In this document: positions 26,017 to 39,758 of the stretch, piece by piece
How the letters are laid out: each line of letters begins with the position of its first letter
Position numbering within the stretch: position 1 is the stretch's first letter
Assembly (NCBI RefSeq): GCF_963921235.1
Contig: NC_086097.1
Coordinates: 146,446,001-146,510,000, forward strand
Direction of reading: 5' to 3'
Origin: Mobula hypostoma
Lineage: Eukaryota
DNA: 64,000 nt
Program-made: the position numbers and the translations under genes
The notes under the pieces: model-generated
What the model was told of the DNA's origin: nothing
The model's database searches: none
Seen by the model: only the letters and a program-made list of their open reading frames with translations

Positions 26017-29004
26017 TCACTTTAAACCTTCAACTTATATGGTTACCAGATGGAACCCTGCTTGAATTGTGCTATCCTTTGCCATCCAGGGTCAATAAGA
26101 GTGATCCATCTTGCCCTACCAAAGTTAACCAATCCATGATGGAGGAGAAATCAAACCTCGGATCTTCTTACTGGTACTGCAATGAATATACCTTAAGATT
26201 TTAGCTACTAATCTGTCATCTCAGGATCTGGTATCAATTGAATCTGTAGTTCTGCAGACTCAAAATGTTAGCAGTTCCTATTTATTTCTGGCCACCCTTA
26301 AGTTGTAATGAATCTTATCTTCTTGCTATTCACTACCTACTCCAGTACTGTAGTTCAATTTACCTTTGTTTTCTGACTGTATGGAATGTATGATTGCTTT
26401 CGGCTGATTTAGTTTCTACTTTTGTTTTCATTATTCTCTAATTTTAGTGTTTAAAAGTAAAATAATGCATATTTCAAAAATATTCTTCATAATGCTCTGC
26501 AATTCCTCTGAAAAGTTTGTATCAAGTTCTCTCGTCTACATGTATATTAACGTATTTCATCTCATAATATACAAGGAGTAATTCACTCTTCTCTCACTCA
26601 GTATGTTTCTACAACTTTTCTACTATTGAAATATCACTCAGGGAAATTCAACAAAGTAAAAATCAGGTAAAATGGATGCCAAACCAAAGAAATGTGATTA
26701 GACAAAGTAATCAATAGCCTTCACAAAGAAGTGGGCAATGAGGAAGAGAGTAAGGTGAAAAGAGGATATTCCAAGAATTCAAAAATTCCTTGATTCAGAA
26801 GGGTCCTTTCATTGACAATGATGCTGTAGCAGTGCCTAGAGAAAGAGTGGCTATCAGTGGCTATATTAATGGATCAGGGTTCTTGAATTTTGAAACACCA
26901 ACTTCAAATTTCAAATGGGGAAGATGGAAGAGAGAAGGAAAAGGAGAAAACAAGTAAATGAGAGTAGAAAGAGCGAGAAATAGTTAACGAGAATGAGAAA
27001 GAGAAAGAATGATAGATGTCCACAAAGCTGCAGTATTCTTTTAAATTTTATGGCTGATTTTTTTCATTTTTAGAAAAACTGATATCCAGGAATTGTCCAT
27101 TGCAAGTGGCATTGAGTTAGTTTTTAAATCGACTGAGAGAAATCATTTTTTTAGTTTTTATTTCCCCAAGCTAAAATGAGTAAAACAGATGTGAAATTGT
27201 TTTGCTCCGCCTACACATTTAAAAATTGACTGAGATCAAGTCATTACAGAACTATTGAATTTGTATTTAATCACCTGGAATGTGTATCTGAATTATGACT
27301 TTGTATTCTTAAAAAATGTTATCAAACATGTAACAGATAAAAATATGAGAAAGGAAGATAGTTGAAATCCTGTTTGCTCAAACTAGGGAAGTGAAATGTG
27401 AAACTTACTGTTACTTCGAAATGTAATCTGTACTTTTTATTGGCGATGGAAGTGCAGCTTTACATTAAAGATGAGACCTCTCAGTTACTAAGGTATTCCG
27501 ATCTTGCCTAATCATATTGTTGGTGGATTGAGCTCCAGGACAATGATGAGAATGTACAGGGTCCAGCTTGTGCAAAAATGTGATCAGTACCAGCTGATGT
27601 ATTCAAAGTTATCATAAGTAAATATACATAAAATGAGGAATTCTTCACTTCTATTCGTTTGTTAAAAGTCACCAGCTATGATTTCTGCATAGCCAGCAAA
27701 AATGCAATTACTAGTCCGCTGTAAACAAAGGTATGTAAAGGGAGACATCAGTCATTGAGGCAATGGGAATTAGAGGGGCACAAGATGCTAGGGTCAGTGG
27801 AAGAGTTCTCAGAGAATTGTAGGACGATAGAGAATTACCGCAATGGTGAGGAAAACTAATTGTAAAGAAACACAATAGGAAAGTGACGTTTCACAAGAGA
27901 TACCAGGTTGTATACTGCTGTATTGAGATATACATGCTTGCCACTATTTTACATCTTTATACACATGTATAAGGGAAATGTCCTGCAAAGCACGACCTAG
28001 GTAGTAGAAATTTTGCTCTCTTTAAATACATTATAAATATCGTAAATGAATAAGCAAGGATGCGCGTTATTACTCAGCAATTAGGTTGAATGCAGAAACC
28101 ATGGGAAACTGGCCTTGCAGTAAAATTACAAACTAAAAATAGCACCTTTAAGATTCACTTCCTTTTCTTGATAATAGGTACCAAAACTAAAGTTGTAAAG
28201 CTCCTGCTGAACAACAGTAAACATCTCTGTCTTTTACCAGCTTTACAATAAGTCACAGGGTTTACCTTATTTTTTTTTGCTGTGAGATAAGGATTTTTGC
28301 TAAGTCTTCAGTTATAAACTTCCTGAAGCAACAATTTCGAGTTTACACTGTTATATGCTTTAATTTGTGATGGTGACGTATGCATAAGCAATTCCCTCAT
28401 TTCAGTTGGTGGTACTCCTATGCCTTGCAGCCCGACGAAGACATCGGAGAGAGTGGTATTCAATTCATATAGGGAATAAAGGCATTCCAAAGATTGCTCC
28501 AACGTTTATGTTGTCAAAGAATGATTTTTATAGGTTATTCTGGGATCATAAACAATTCAAAAACTATAGCAATGCAGATGGCAGAGTTATAAATTAAATA
28601 TATTTCAAACTTTTTAGCATATCACTGGTCATTAGGACTCTAAAATATCTACAGCATTAATACGAGCTATATTAAAAATTGTCCAGTCCAAAATTTGCTG
28701 TTGTTAACGTGGACAAATTGATAAATTGTTTAGAAAATTGAAATAATTCATCATTAAAGTAGGAATATAGGGTACAGGTTTGGTTCCATAATCTATGCTG
28801 ATTCTTAAAAATAACACTTCAATGAAACTGGCAAGAAATTTGAGTGCAAGTAGATCTTGTCCACAAAAGCACACCGATGTGTATAATTTACACCCCACAG
28901 GAAAGCACACACGCCAGTAAATTTAACAGTTCCATGTTACATACTCCTGTAGCCCGTGTTAAATTCAAAGTTAAATGAGTGGACCAGCATCTAGATTAGT
29001 GACA

Positions 29005-30972
29005 TTCAAGTCATAAAAGCAAAAAAGAGGGCATATAATATAGCAAAAAATGAGAAGTTAGAATATTAGGAAGCTGTTAAAAGCCAGTAGAAGGTAACTA
29101 AAAAAGCATGAGGATAGAAAAGATGAAATATGAAGGTAAGTTAGCCAAGAATATCAAAGAGAAAACCAAACGATTTTTCAGATATATAAATGGCAAAAGA
29201 GAGGCGAGAGTGGATGGACTGCAGGAAAATTATGCTGGAGAGGTAGTAATGGGGAACAAAGAAATGGCAGACAAATTTAGTAAATATTTTGTGCCAGGCT
29301 TCACTGTGGAAGACACAAGCAACATGTCAGAAATTCAAGAATATCACGGGGCAGAAGTGAGTGTAGTTGCTATTACTAAGGAGAAGATATTTGGGAAGCA
29401 GAATGGTTTGAAGTTAAATATGTCCCGGACCAAGTGGACTTCACCCCAGGGATCTGAAAGAGGTAGCTGAAGAGATTATGGAGGCATTAGCAATGATCTG
29501 TCAATAATCACTAGATTCTGGTGGACTAGAACTTTGCAAGTGTCTCTCCACTATTTAAGAAGGGAGGGAGACAGAAGAAAGGAAATTATAGGCCATTTAG
29601 CCTAACTTCAGTGGTTGGGAAGATGTTGGAGTCAATTATTAAGGATGAGATTTTGGGCTAAGAGGCTCATGATCAAGTAGTCCAAAGTCAGCATGGTTTC
29701 CAAGTGGAAATCTTGCCTAACAAATCTGTTGGAATTCTTTGAGGAAATAACAAGCAGGATAGACAAAGAAGAGTCAGTGGATGTTGTTTACTTGGATTTT
29801 CAGAAGGCTCTTATCAAGGTGCTGCACATGAGACTGCTTAAGAAGATAAGAGCCCATGGAATTACAGGAAAGCTAGTAGCATGGATAGAGCATTGGCTGA
29901 CTGGAGGAGGCAAAGAGTCAGAATAAAGGAGGCCTATTTTGGTTTACTGCCGGTGACTCGTGGTACTCTGCAGGAGTCTGTATTTGGATTGCCTCTTTTC
30001 ACGTTATATGCCAACCATTTGGATGACAGAATTGATGGCATTGTGGCCAAGTTTGCAGACAATACAAGGATAGGTGGAGGCACAGGTAGTGTTGAGGAAG
30101 CAAGGAGTTTGCAGAAGGACTTGGACAGATTGGGAGAATGGCAAAGAAATGGCAGACGGAATATAGTTTAGGGAAGAGTGTTGTCATGCACTTTGTTAGA
30201 AAGATTAAAGGTGTGTACAATTTTCTAAACTGGGAGAAATTTCAAAAGGTGCAAAGGGACTTTGGAATCCTTGTGCAGCATTCCCTAAAGGTTAACTTGC
30301 AGATTGATTCTGTGGTGAGGAAGGTAAATGCAATGTTAGCATTAATTTCAAGATGATGAGAATCCAAGAGCAAGAATGTGATGCTAAGGCTTTATAACAG
30401 ATTGGCCAGAATGCATTGGTGTATTATGTGCAGTTTTGGGCCTCTAATCTACAAAAGAGATGTGCTGGCACTGGAGAGCGTCCAGAGAAGGATCACAAGA
30501 ATGTTTCCAGGAATGAAAGGGTTAATGTTTGAGGAGCATTTGATGGTTCTGAGATTATACTCACTGGAACTTAGAAGAGTGAGGGGGAATCTTACTGAAA
30601 CCTATCTGATATTGAAAGGTCTAGATAGAATGAATGTGGAGAGGATGTTCCCTATAGTGGGCGAGTCTAGAACCAGAAGACACATCCTCAGAATGGAGGG
30701 ATATCAATTTAGAACAGAGATGAGAAGGAATTTCTCTAGCCAGAGGGTAGGGAACCTGTGGAGTTCATTGCCATGTATGGCTGTAGAGGCCAAGTCATTG
30801 AGTGTATTTAGAGCAGATATTGATAGGTTACTGGTTAGTCAAGGTGTCAAAGGTTACGGGAGGAGGCAAGAGAAGATGGTTGAGAGAGATAATGAATCAG
30901 CCATAATGGATTGGAAAAGGAGTCGTGATTGGCTGAATGGCCTAATTCTGCTCCTATGTCTTATGGTCTTAT
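29005..30972 (+). mobile_element. CR1 LINE ORF2 remnant in intron 1
   Basis: NYRPFSLTS, KSCLTNLLEFFE, VDVVYLDFQKA, KFADN with frameshifts; CTCCTATGTCTTATGGTCTT tail. Confidence 0.92.
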
Positions 30973-30979
30973 AGTCTAA

Positions 30980-31446
30980 AGGCTGATTTATACTTATGCG
31001 TACGGGCTACGCAGTAGGGCTGATTTATACTTTTGCATAGCCCTACACCATAGCGAGCATGCGTAGTTGTGTCTGCATTGCTCTGCAATTCACTGCCAAA
31101 ACGCTAGTTGGCAGTGGGGTTTCTATGCCACTCCGTTGAGTTTCTTTGTGAGAGACATGGACGAAGAAATGCATTACAAATATTTTCGGATGTCGGCAGG
31201 TAGATTTGACGAATTGGTTCATTGTCTCCAAACATTTATTTTGCATCAGTGTACAGACATGGCGGAGAAAAGCAACTGGAAATGTGTAGGAGGAAATGTG
31301 ATGCTACCAAGCGGACCAATCACAGTTGTTGTGGTCTGCGTCGCCGCAACGTGCGAGTTACATTTTTGGGGAGCTGCACATCACCCTACAGCGTAGGGTA
31401 CGCGGTACCTACGGCGTACATTTGACGCAGAAGTATAAATTGGGCT
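30980..31446 (+). mobile_element. Non-autonomous PIF/Harbinger DNA transposon
   Basis: TAA TSD at 30977-30979 and 31447-31449; imperfect TIRs AGGCTGATTTATACTTATGCGT / ACGCAGAAGTATAAATTGGGCT; internal [21 protein letters not shown] resembles the Harbinger transposase YFRMS motif. Confidence 0.8.
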
Positions 31447-32303
31447 TAAGTCCTTCCACAGCAGTTGGAGAATGCACTGAAAATGTAATTAAACAAATTT
31501 GGAAATAAAAATTTGGAATTGCAAAAGGTGACCATACGATCACTGGAATGCTGTAAAATCCATGTCCTCATAAGCAAACCTACTACTCTTCCTCTGGTTT
31601 GCCAGAACGTAGCTGCAGATCTAACTATGTGGTTCATTCTCAACTTCCATCTAAAATGACAGTGTAATCCATTCATTTCAAAGGGAAATTGGGATAGACC
31701 CTCAATGTCCGGCCTTCCACTGGTGACCACACTATGTGAATGAGCTAAAAAGAGACTTACCTTTATTTTATTTATTTCCAATTTTAAGACTTCAGCAAAC
31801 TTATTCACAAGGAAATACAACATCATCAAAGATTGTCTCAATTGGGTAAGGAATTTATCTTTCACCAGATCCTCGATTTGACTTCTATGCATTTTTCACA
31901 TAAGTTTCTGAGACACTGCACTGAGAATGGCGAAAGAACCAGATGCTTTGTGAAACTACAGAGACAGATGGCCAGATTCAGCACAATTTCCAATGTCTCC
32001 ACATTGCACAAGAAGTAGAACTTCTCTATTCATAAATGTTCTTCCCCAAACTACTTTATAATCAATGAAGCACATTTAATCTGCAAGCACTATTGTGTAG
32101 AAGACACAACATTTGATTTATGCAGGGAAATATCTCAAAAACAGCAGATGGTTTATGCAATGGAAATTTCTTTGGAAAAAAACAGCAATCAACATAGAGT
32201 ATTATACTGCAGGATCAGGCTCTTTGGCCAACGATGTCTATGCCAACACTTCCTACAATTTAAACTACATATGGTCTATCTCTCTCACAGTTCCTCGATA
32301 GTT

Positions 32304-32472
32304 CAACACACAAAATACTAGAAGAACTCAGCAGGTCATGCAAGATCTATGAAGGAAAATAAACAGTTGATGTTTGGGCTAAGATCCTTTATCAGGACTT
32401 GGACTAAGATGTCCATTGCTTATTTCCCTTCATTGATGCTGCCTGACCTGCTGAGCTCCTCCCGCATTTTGT
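32304..32472. mobile_element. Inverted pair of short Penelope-derived elements
   Basis: ACAAAATACTAGAAGAACTCAGCAGGTCA and TGACCTGCTGAGCTCCTCCCGCATTTTGT are mutually inverted arms. Confidence 0.7.
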
Positions 32473-32509
32473 ACGTTGATCTCCAATGTCTCTCATGTCC
32501 TTCACAGTT

Positions 32510-33105
32510 TTCAAGATTGTTTAATGTCATTTCCGGTACTTAAGTGTAAAGGAGAGCAAAATAACTGTTACTCCAGATCCGATGAAGCACAAAAAATCAA
32601 TTAAATAAAGAACATAATAATAAAAATGCAATACATATAAATATATGGCTTACATACATAGATTATTTGCACATCCATAAAATAATGCTAGACACATGAG
32701 TGTTTGTACATTAAGGTGACTGACAAGAAATAATAAAGTAATGGTGGTGTGGGGGGGGTGAGGTGGGGTGAGTTAGTGGGTGAAGGTGTTGGTCAGCCTT
32801 ACAACTTGGGGAAAGTAACTGTTTTTGAGTCTGATGGTCCTGGTGTGGATATTACACAGCCTCCTCCCTGAAGGAGTGGGACAAACAGTCTATCAGCAGG
32901 GTAGGTGGGATCCTTTAAGATGCCACTGGCCCTTTTCCAGCACTTTTCTGCACTTACGTCCTTAATGGTGGGGAGGCTGGTGCAGGTGATGCATTGGGCA
33001 GTTTTGACTACCTGTTGTACAGCCTTCCTGTCCACCACAGTGCAATTCCCATACCATGTAGTAATGCAATTTGTTAGGATGCTCTGTACTGTGCATCTGT
33101 AGAAT
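32510..33105 (-). mobile_element. L2/Rex-type LINE 3' fragment
   Basis: DRKAVQQVVKTAQCIT...KRASGILKDPTYP. Confidence 0.8.
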
Positions 33106-33114
33106 GACAGTTCA

Positions 33115-33995
33115 TATATCTACCTAAATGCCTCTTAAGCACTGATATCCTGTCTCCTTCCACCACTTGCCCCGACATTGTGTACCAGGCACCTACCACA
33201 TTGTGTAAAATATTGCCATGTAAGTCTCCTTTACACTGCCTGCCTGCCTTAAAGCTATGCGCTAGGAAAAAGACAATCTCCCCCTCATAATTTTATATAC
33301 TATCTCCCCAAGATCCCTCACTACGTCAATTCTCTTAAGGATTTTGCCATTTACTGTATACTTAACTCTCATATTTGAGTTCTCAAAGTGCAACACCCCA
33401 CACTTGTCCAAATTAAACTTCATTTGCCATTCCTCTGCCCATATTGCCAATTGGTCAACATCCTGCTATATCATTTGACAACCTTCTTCATTGTGCACAA
33501 CTCCAACAAGTTTTTTTTTAAAATCATATATTTTTGTCCAGATCAGTGGTCCCAGCACCACTGATTATTGATCTGTAGTCAAAATAACTCCATTCCAACA
33601 TCTCTTCTGTCTCTATGGCCACGCCAATTTTGAATTCAATCTACCAAGTTTTCATGAATACTATTAGCCTATTGGACCAGTCTACTATGAGCGATCTTGT
33701 CTAAAACTATATTAACAGGCATTTACGTAGACGTGTACTTCCACTGCCATACCATCAATCACCTTTGTCATCTCCTCAAAATATTCCAGCTTCTCAGACA
33801 TGAACTCGTCCATGCAAAACCACATCGACTCTCCCTAACAAGTCTATACTCATCCAGATGAAAGTAGATGCTATCCCTGTTTTGTCTCTACTGCCCTTCT
33901 TAAACAGAGGAACAATACTGGCTATTCCCCATTCCTCGGGACCTTCCCTGACACTAAAGAAAATACAAAGATCTCTATCAAAGCCCCAGTAAACT
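33115..33995 (-). mobile_element. Decayed CR1 fragments
   Basis: WAEEWQMKFNLDKCGVLHF and upstream RT remnants. Confidence 0.75.
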
Positions 33996-34937
33996 CAGAG
34001 ACAGCTTCTGCTTTCTAATTTACTGCCTCTCTTTGCAGGACCACATCTCGCTTTCTGCTTGTCATAGGCACCATCATGGATCATGATCTCTGACTGCTTG
34101 CCCTCCTCTTTCAGAATGACCTGTCCCTTCTCAGAAACATTATTGGCCCTGGCAGTCTCACTCGCAGCCACAGAATCACTTATCTGTGTCTGAGACCACT
34201 ATCACTATTGCTTGTCGAGTACTTGACCTAGACTGCCACACAAGAGCCAGTCATGGTGCTACTCATCTGGCCACTGCTGTCATTTTCTCCCAAGAGGACA
34301 TTCCCGCAACTTCATCCAAAACAGTAGTTTATACTTGTTTGAGAGAAAGTGCCAAAGGAGACTCCTGCACGATTTTTCTCCACCCTCTTAGCTGTCACCC
34401 ATCTATTTGACAGAACCTTTGGTGTAGCCACCTTCCTATCTTTATAAATCTCTGCCAGAGTGAGTCCAGCTGCTGCTCCAATCAATTCACACAGTCTGAG
34501 AGGAGCTGCAGCTGGATACTCTCCCTGCAGACAAAATCACCAGGTCACAAGATTTCTCTCTGACTTCACAACTCACAAGATGAGTGTGCAACTCCACTGT
34601 CATTTAACAACTCAAGAAAAATGTCTTACTTTTCAGCTGTTTGCTCTCCTCACTGAAAACTGAGCTTCACCAAAGCACCATCTTGCACTTCCACCAGCTA
34701 GATACCATTGGGTCTTCTTCCAAATCGTATTGGGGAATCTTTTATGTTCACCTACTACTGCTGATTCGACTCTGGTTTAATGTTTCATTTGAAGTACTGA
34801 AAGGGTAGACCCACTGTCAGTTGAGGATGGCAATTGAAAGGCAAAATGCAAAAGAAGTATAACATGCTCCCCAAGGTGTAAAATAATAATACTGCACATA
34901 CAAGAATGCAGGGGAAACTTGAAATCAAGAAGCTTAC

Positions 34938-35274
34938 CAATAGGTATCATGAGGTCTTCAAGGATATCTTCTCGCTCTATCTTCCTCAGCAGCTCCAGCA
35001 ATTTGCCCACGGAAGAACCCTCTCTAGATCCCCATTCGTCCAACAGTTTACCGGTAGGATTCTCTAACCTGTCGTAGTTCCTAATCTCGAGGTAATGAAA
35101 ACCCATCTCCTCAGCGAGCTCCGTCCAGTCTGCCGCCACTACACTCTTGGGATTGAGGAAGAGTGCCAGCTTCTTCCTCACCGCGACGTTCAGGGCGCTC
35201 AGAGGGACAGAGTAGAAGTCAATGGGCGTGGATGAGTCTGCACTTTCCTCACCTTTCTTCGTGCAACTTGACAT
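34938..35274 (-). CDS. MYD88: MyD88 coding exon 1 (death domain)
   Basis: ATG at 35274; translates MSSCTKK...ALNVAVRKKLALFLNPKSVVAADWTELAEEMGFHYLEIRNY...SVGKLLELLRKIEREDIL, a recognisable MyD88 death domain; ends at donor G|GTAAGC; 337 nt, phase 1. Confidence 0.97.
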
Positions 35275-35649
35275 CCTGTGAGTTCACAGGACTCTGCACT
35301 GGGGTGGAGAGAGGGAAAAAATATAATTTCTATAATCGGCCCCGCTTATTTATCCTCTCCAAAGTATAACGATAACACATTTTCCCAACTTCATACTGAA
35401 CTCACGGGAAAGACAGAATATTTAACATCATCCCGTCAATGCAAAGCAATAATTTGCTTCATTAAAAACAGATTAAAATTATCTCCGCCTCTAGACCCGC
35501 CAAGGTGTTAACTCGACAAATACAAGAGGAACATATTAATCTACTGTATTGTGTAATACATGTTGCAGAGAACAACCAAAGATTCTTTTTAAACTTCGAA
35601 ACCATCAACGCTGAAAATAAAACATACCGACAAAAAGACCATTACAGAA

Positions 35650-35790
35650 ATCTTCTCTCCGGAAACAAAACAGCAAATAATTCCAGTTTATATTTCAGGA
35701 AGCGAAAACTTTAATGTTGAAAAAATCTCCGATGACACTTCCTAGGTCTCCACTCAGCTCCGGGAAGTGACGTGCTGGAACTGACGAGAA
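35650..35790 (-). promoter_or_regulatory. Probable MYD88 core promoter
   Basis: Local CpG enrichment 400-500 bp upstream of the ATG; GGAAGCGAAA (ETS-IRF composite consensus) 35698-35707, CACTTCCT 35736-35743, GGAAGTGACGT (overlapping ETS/CRE) 35763-35773. The TSS is not determinable. Confidence 0.55.
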
Positions 35791-35889
35791 ATCAACTCTT
35801 TTGGGTGGTACACAAATAACCAACCAACAGTTGAGAAGAGAAAGGTTGGGATTATCTGCAAGATAAATAAAAAAAAAGTATGTGCATTT

Positions 35890-35970
35890 GATACTGCCTG
35901 ACTTGTTGAGTTCCCCACGCACTTTGTGTCTGTAGCTCAAGATTTCCAGTATCTGCAAGATCTCTTGTTT
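35890..35970 (+). mobile_element. Short Penelope-3'-derived element next to the MYD88 promoter
   Basis: GATACTGCCTGACTTGTTGAGTTCCCC...GATTTCCAGTATCTGCAAGATCTCTTGTTT. Confidence 0.7.
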
Positions 35971-38509
35971 CAATTCATTTAAATTACTCTTTTCAAAAGT
36001 CAGTTAACATTTCTAACAATTAAATTAATACAAAAGAATATCGGGGATTTCAAAGAAATATGTTGAGATTGGTTATAAAAGCTGACGTTTATTGCCAATC
36101 TTCAACTAATCTTAAAGGGTGGGGCTCTGATCTATCTCCTTGGATTGCTGTAGCTAAATGGTAAAAGAAAACTTCCAATGTAGGCGGAGTTCCAGAATTT
36201 TGCAATCGATAGAAATGTTTTATGTGTAAGTCAGAATGATATGGGACCTAGAGGGAGCCCTGAAAATGATGATATTTTCATGCTCCGATTGACTTCAAAT
36301 GCTGGAAATGTCATAAGTTTGTTTAGAACTCTTGGTGACAAATCAAGACTGTGCCATGGAATTGAGCTGTAGATTAGCTGTGATCCATTTAAATGGAGAA
36401 GGTGGTTGACAGTCGGGTAACTCATGGAGGAAACAGAATTAATCAATCTTTCAGATGTTTCTGCAAGTGACACTGGAAAATAATTTGGAGTGATGAAAGA
36501 CGAAAATGTAAAGAGTGGAAAGGTATAAAAATTAGGAGTTAAAGAATCAGCCACTTCCTTTTCTTTTCAAATCTTTTCAAATCAACCACTTCCAAAACCA
36601 TGCATCTACTTGATGCCAGTTGTCATTTGAAAATGGTCAACATGTGGATGGAAGTGCATTGTAAACAGGAGATTGTTCAACCTAACCACATTGAGAATCC
36701 CCATCCTTTGCTTGCAATATGAATCTGATTGTATGCAAGCACAGCCTATTTATCTTGACAGTTGATCAGTTAATCCCCTGTCAGTTTTGAGTGAGGCTTG
36801 CAATTTCATTTAAAAATGGGAAATTATTATCAGTTTAGAGATCTGCTGTGGAAAGAGAAGTAGAGTTAATATTACCAGTTGAAAACCTTTTGTCAGTTCA
36901 GTTCTGAAATGCTAACTCCGTTTTTTCTTTCCTCCCACAAATACCTGGCCATCTAGTATTTCACGTTTTTATTTCAGATCTCCAGCATCTGCAGTATTTT
37001 GATTTTCAATTGGGCTGTCATCCTGTAGTTCAAAACCCACAGAGGTACACAATGGGGTGTGTAATCAAAGGATTAAGATTAGAATTAATGTATGGCAGAA
37101 TATCAGTTTATTCTTTCTACATGCTTCAGAACATTTTAAAGCCACATTGTGGCTTATGTACTATGTCTCACATACACAGATGATATGCTAAAGAAAACAA
37201 ATAGAGGGAAGATTCTGTGAGATAAAGTTTTTGAAAGTAGTGAGAGACGTTGTAGTATAAATGTTTTGACAATCTGACAGGAAATATGTGGTTAACAGAT
37301 AATCTTCAGTTTGGCAAATTGGGAACAAACAAAATGCAGAGATATTCACTATTAGAAATGTTCTTCACAACCACTTGCATCTTTTATATTTAAGAACATT
37401 ACTTGATAAATGGAATGAAAATAGAGATCTGCTGATGAAAGGTTGGGAAGCTACTCCATCAGTAAATTTGAAATACACAGCTGCTGGAAACTGTGAATTT
37501 TATAAATTTTCAGCTTTCATTACAGGTTTCCAATAGATTAACAATATAATTTTGAAGGTCTTCCCTGAATTGCATTTGGACAAATAAAGAGTTTGCATTT
37601 AAAACAATAACTTGCATGTTCTCAGATGGTCCCAAAGAATGTCATGGCCAATTAAGTGGTTATTGTTCTAGTAAAGGGGAATATTACAATGCAAAGTACT
37701 TCCAAAATCAATGTGATAACTACAAGAGGTTATTTTGATGATCTTGGTAAAAAAAAATACTGTCCTGTAACATCAATCACTCTACTTTGAATAGTATTAT
37801 CGGATATTCTATGTCTAAAGGGCAAAGAGCGTCTCAATTCAATCTCCCAACAATGGTACCTCTGACAATGAAGCTTTTTCTTGGTGTTCTGAATAGTTTC
37901 TTACTGTGCAATATGTGTCTTTGCTTCTATTAAAGTATCAGCCTTAATTATTGTTGGAGTCTCTGGAATGGCAAGCAAACTACAACCATCCAAATGAGGG
38001 ATGAAGATGTTGAAAGTATGATGATCATGAACTAGAAAGGATCACAAACAAATTTCAATATGTGGATCTCATCAGCAGCATCATTATATGCCGTGTTGTA
38101 TAACGTGAGCAATCCTGGTCTCCAAGACCATGATAGTTCATGGCAATTTTTTCTGCAGAATTGATTTGCCAGTGCCTTCTTCTGGGCAGTAACTTTACAA
38201 CACTGGTGACCCCAGCCATTATCTATATTCTTCCGAGATTGTCTTCCTGGCTTCAGTGATCGCATAACCAGGACTTGTGATATGCACCAGCTGCTCATAT
38301 GACCATCCACCACCTGCTCCCGTGGCTTCATGTAAGCATGATCAGTGGGGGGAAGGGGGCTAAGCAGGTGCTACATCTTGCCCAAGGGTGACCTGCAAGT
38401 TAGAGGAGGGAAGAAGTGCCTTACACCTTCTGTAGTAGAAACGTATCTCCACCCCACCACCCAGGTGGATCGCATGGAGGAGCAATATCAAGATATGGAA
38501 ACATGGGTA

Positions 38510-38980
38510 TTAAAGAGGAAATTTACAAGGATGTTGCCTGGATTGGGGAGCATGCCTTATGAGAACAGGTTGAGTGAACTTGGCCTTTTCTCCTTGGAGT
38601 GGTGGAAGATGAGAGGTGACCTGATAGAGGTGTATAAGATGATGAGAGGTATTGATGGCATGGATAGTCAGAAGCTTTTGCCCAGGGCTGAAATGGCTAG
38701 CACAAGAGGGCACAGTTTTAAGGTGCTTGGAAGTAGGTACAGAAGAGATGTCGGGGTAGGTTTTTCATGCAGAGAGTGATGAGTGCGTGGAAAGGGCTGT
38801 CGTTGACGGTGGTGGAGGCGGATACGATAGGGTCTTTTAAGAGACTCCTGGACAGGTACATGGAGCTTAGAAAAATAGAGGGCGATGGGTAACCCTAGGT
38901 AATTTCTAAAGTAAGTACATGTTCAGCACAGCATTGTGGGCCGAAGGGTCTATACTGTGCTGCAGGTTTTCTATGTTTCT
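38510..38980 (+). mobile_element. CR1 3' fragment
   Basis: FTRMLPGLGSMPYENRLSELGLFSLE...MRGDLIEVYKMMRG; TTCTATGTTTCTA tail. Confidence 0.88.
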
Positions 38981-39758
38981 AAATACAGTACTACACATTT
39001 CCATAGCAATCAATTGGTAATTGTTTACTATTGTCACATGTACTAAAGTACAGTGTAAAGCATTGTTTTGTACGCCATCCAGACAGACCATTCATTCCAA
39101 TTATAAGTATATCAAAGTACTACAAAAGACAAAATAATAACAAAATATAGAATATAGTGTTACAGAGAATATAGTAGTTAGACTAACATACTGAGATTGA
39201 TTGAGAAATCAAGAGTTCATCTTTATTGTACAAGAGATTTGTTCAAGAGTCTTATAACAGCAGTATAGAAGCTATTCTTGAGCCAGGTGGTACGTGTTTT
39301 TAAGCTTGGTATCTTCTGCACAATGGAACAGGGAAGAAGAAGGAAAGCCTTCCTACTGGGCAGGGGCTTGTAGTTCAGAGCTTACTCTCATACAAAGATA
39401 ATGGATGATTTTCTGGATCTGGGCATGATGTTGGAGCAGAACAGTCAGCACCTGACTGTGCTACAACTTGCCCTAGGGCCCCTTGATCATAAATTACTGG
39501 CCTGAGATTGTGCCATTTCACTTTCTTTCAGTTTAACCAGCTCAAAGAAGGTGAGAAAAAAATTAAAAGGGGAATAAGTATATAATTGTCACTGTATTTT
39601 CATTAAAAAAATTATTTTGAAATATCCTGTACTTCTTTTTCTTATGTGCACTCACTCTAGGTTTTCAATGGTGGGGCTATAGAGCCAGTTTAAGTTTGAT
39701 TTACTCAATTGCATCATCATCAGGCATTTTGTATTTACTACAGGTCCACATCAAAGCA

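Noticed and set aside
35800..38000. ACAA1 first exon expected head-to-head with MYD88
   Set aside because: No PTS2-like RLxxxxxHL peptide or thiolase sequence seen on the plus strand
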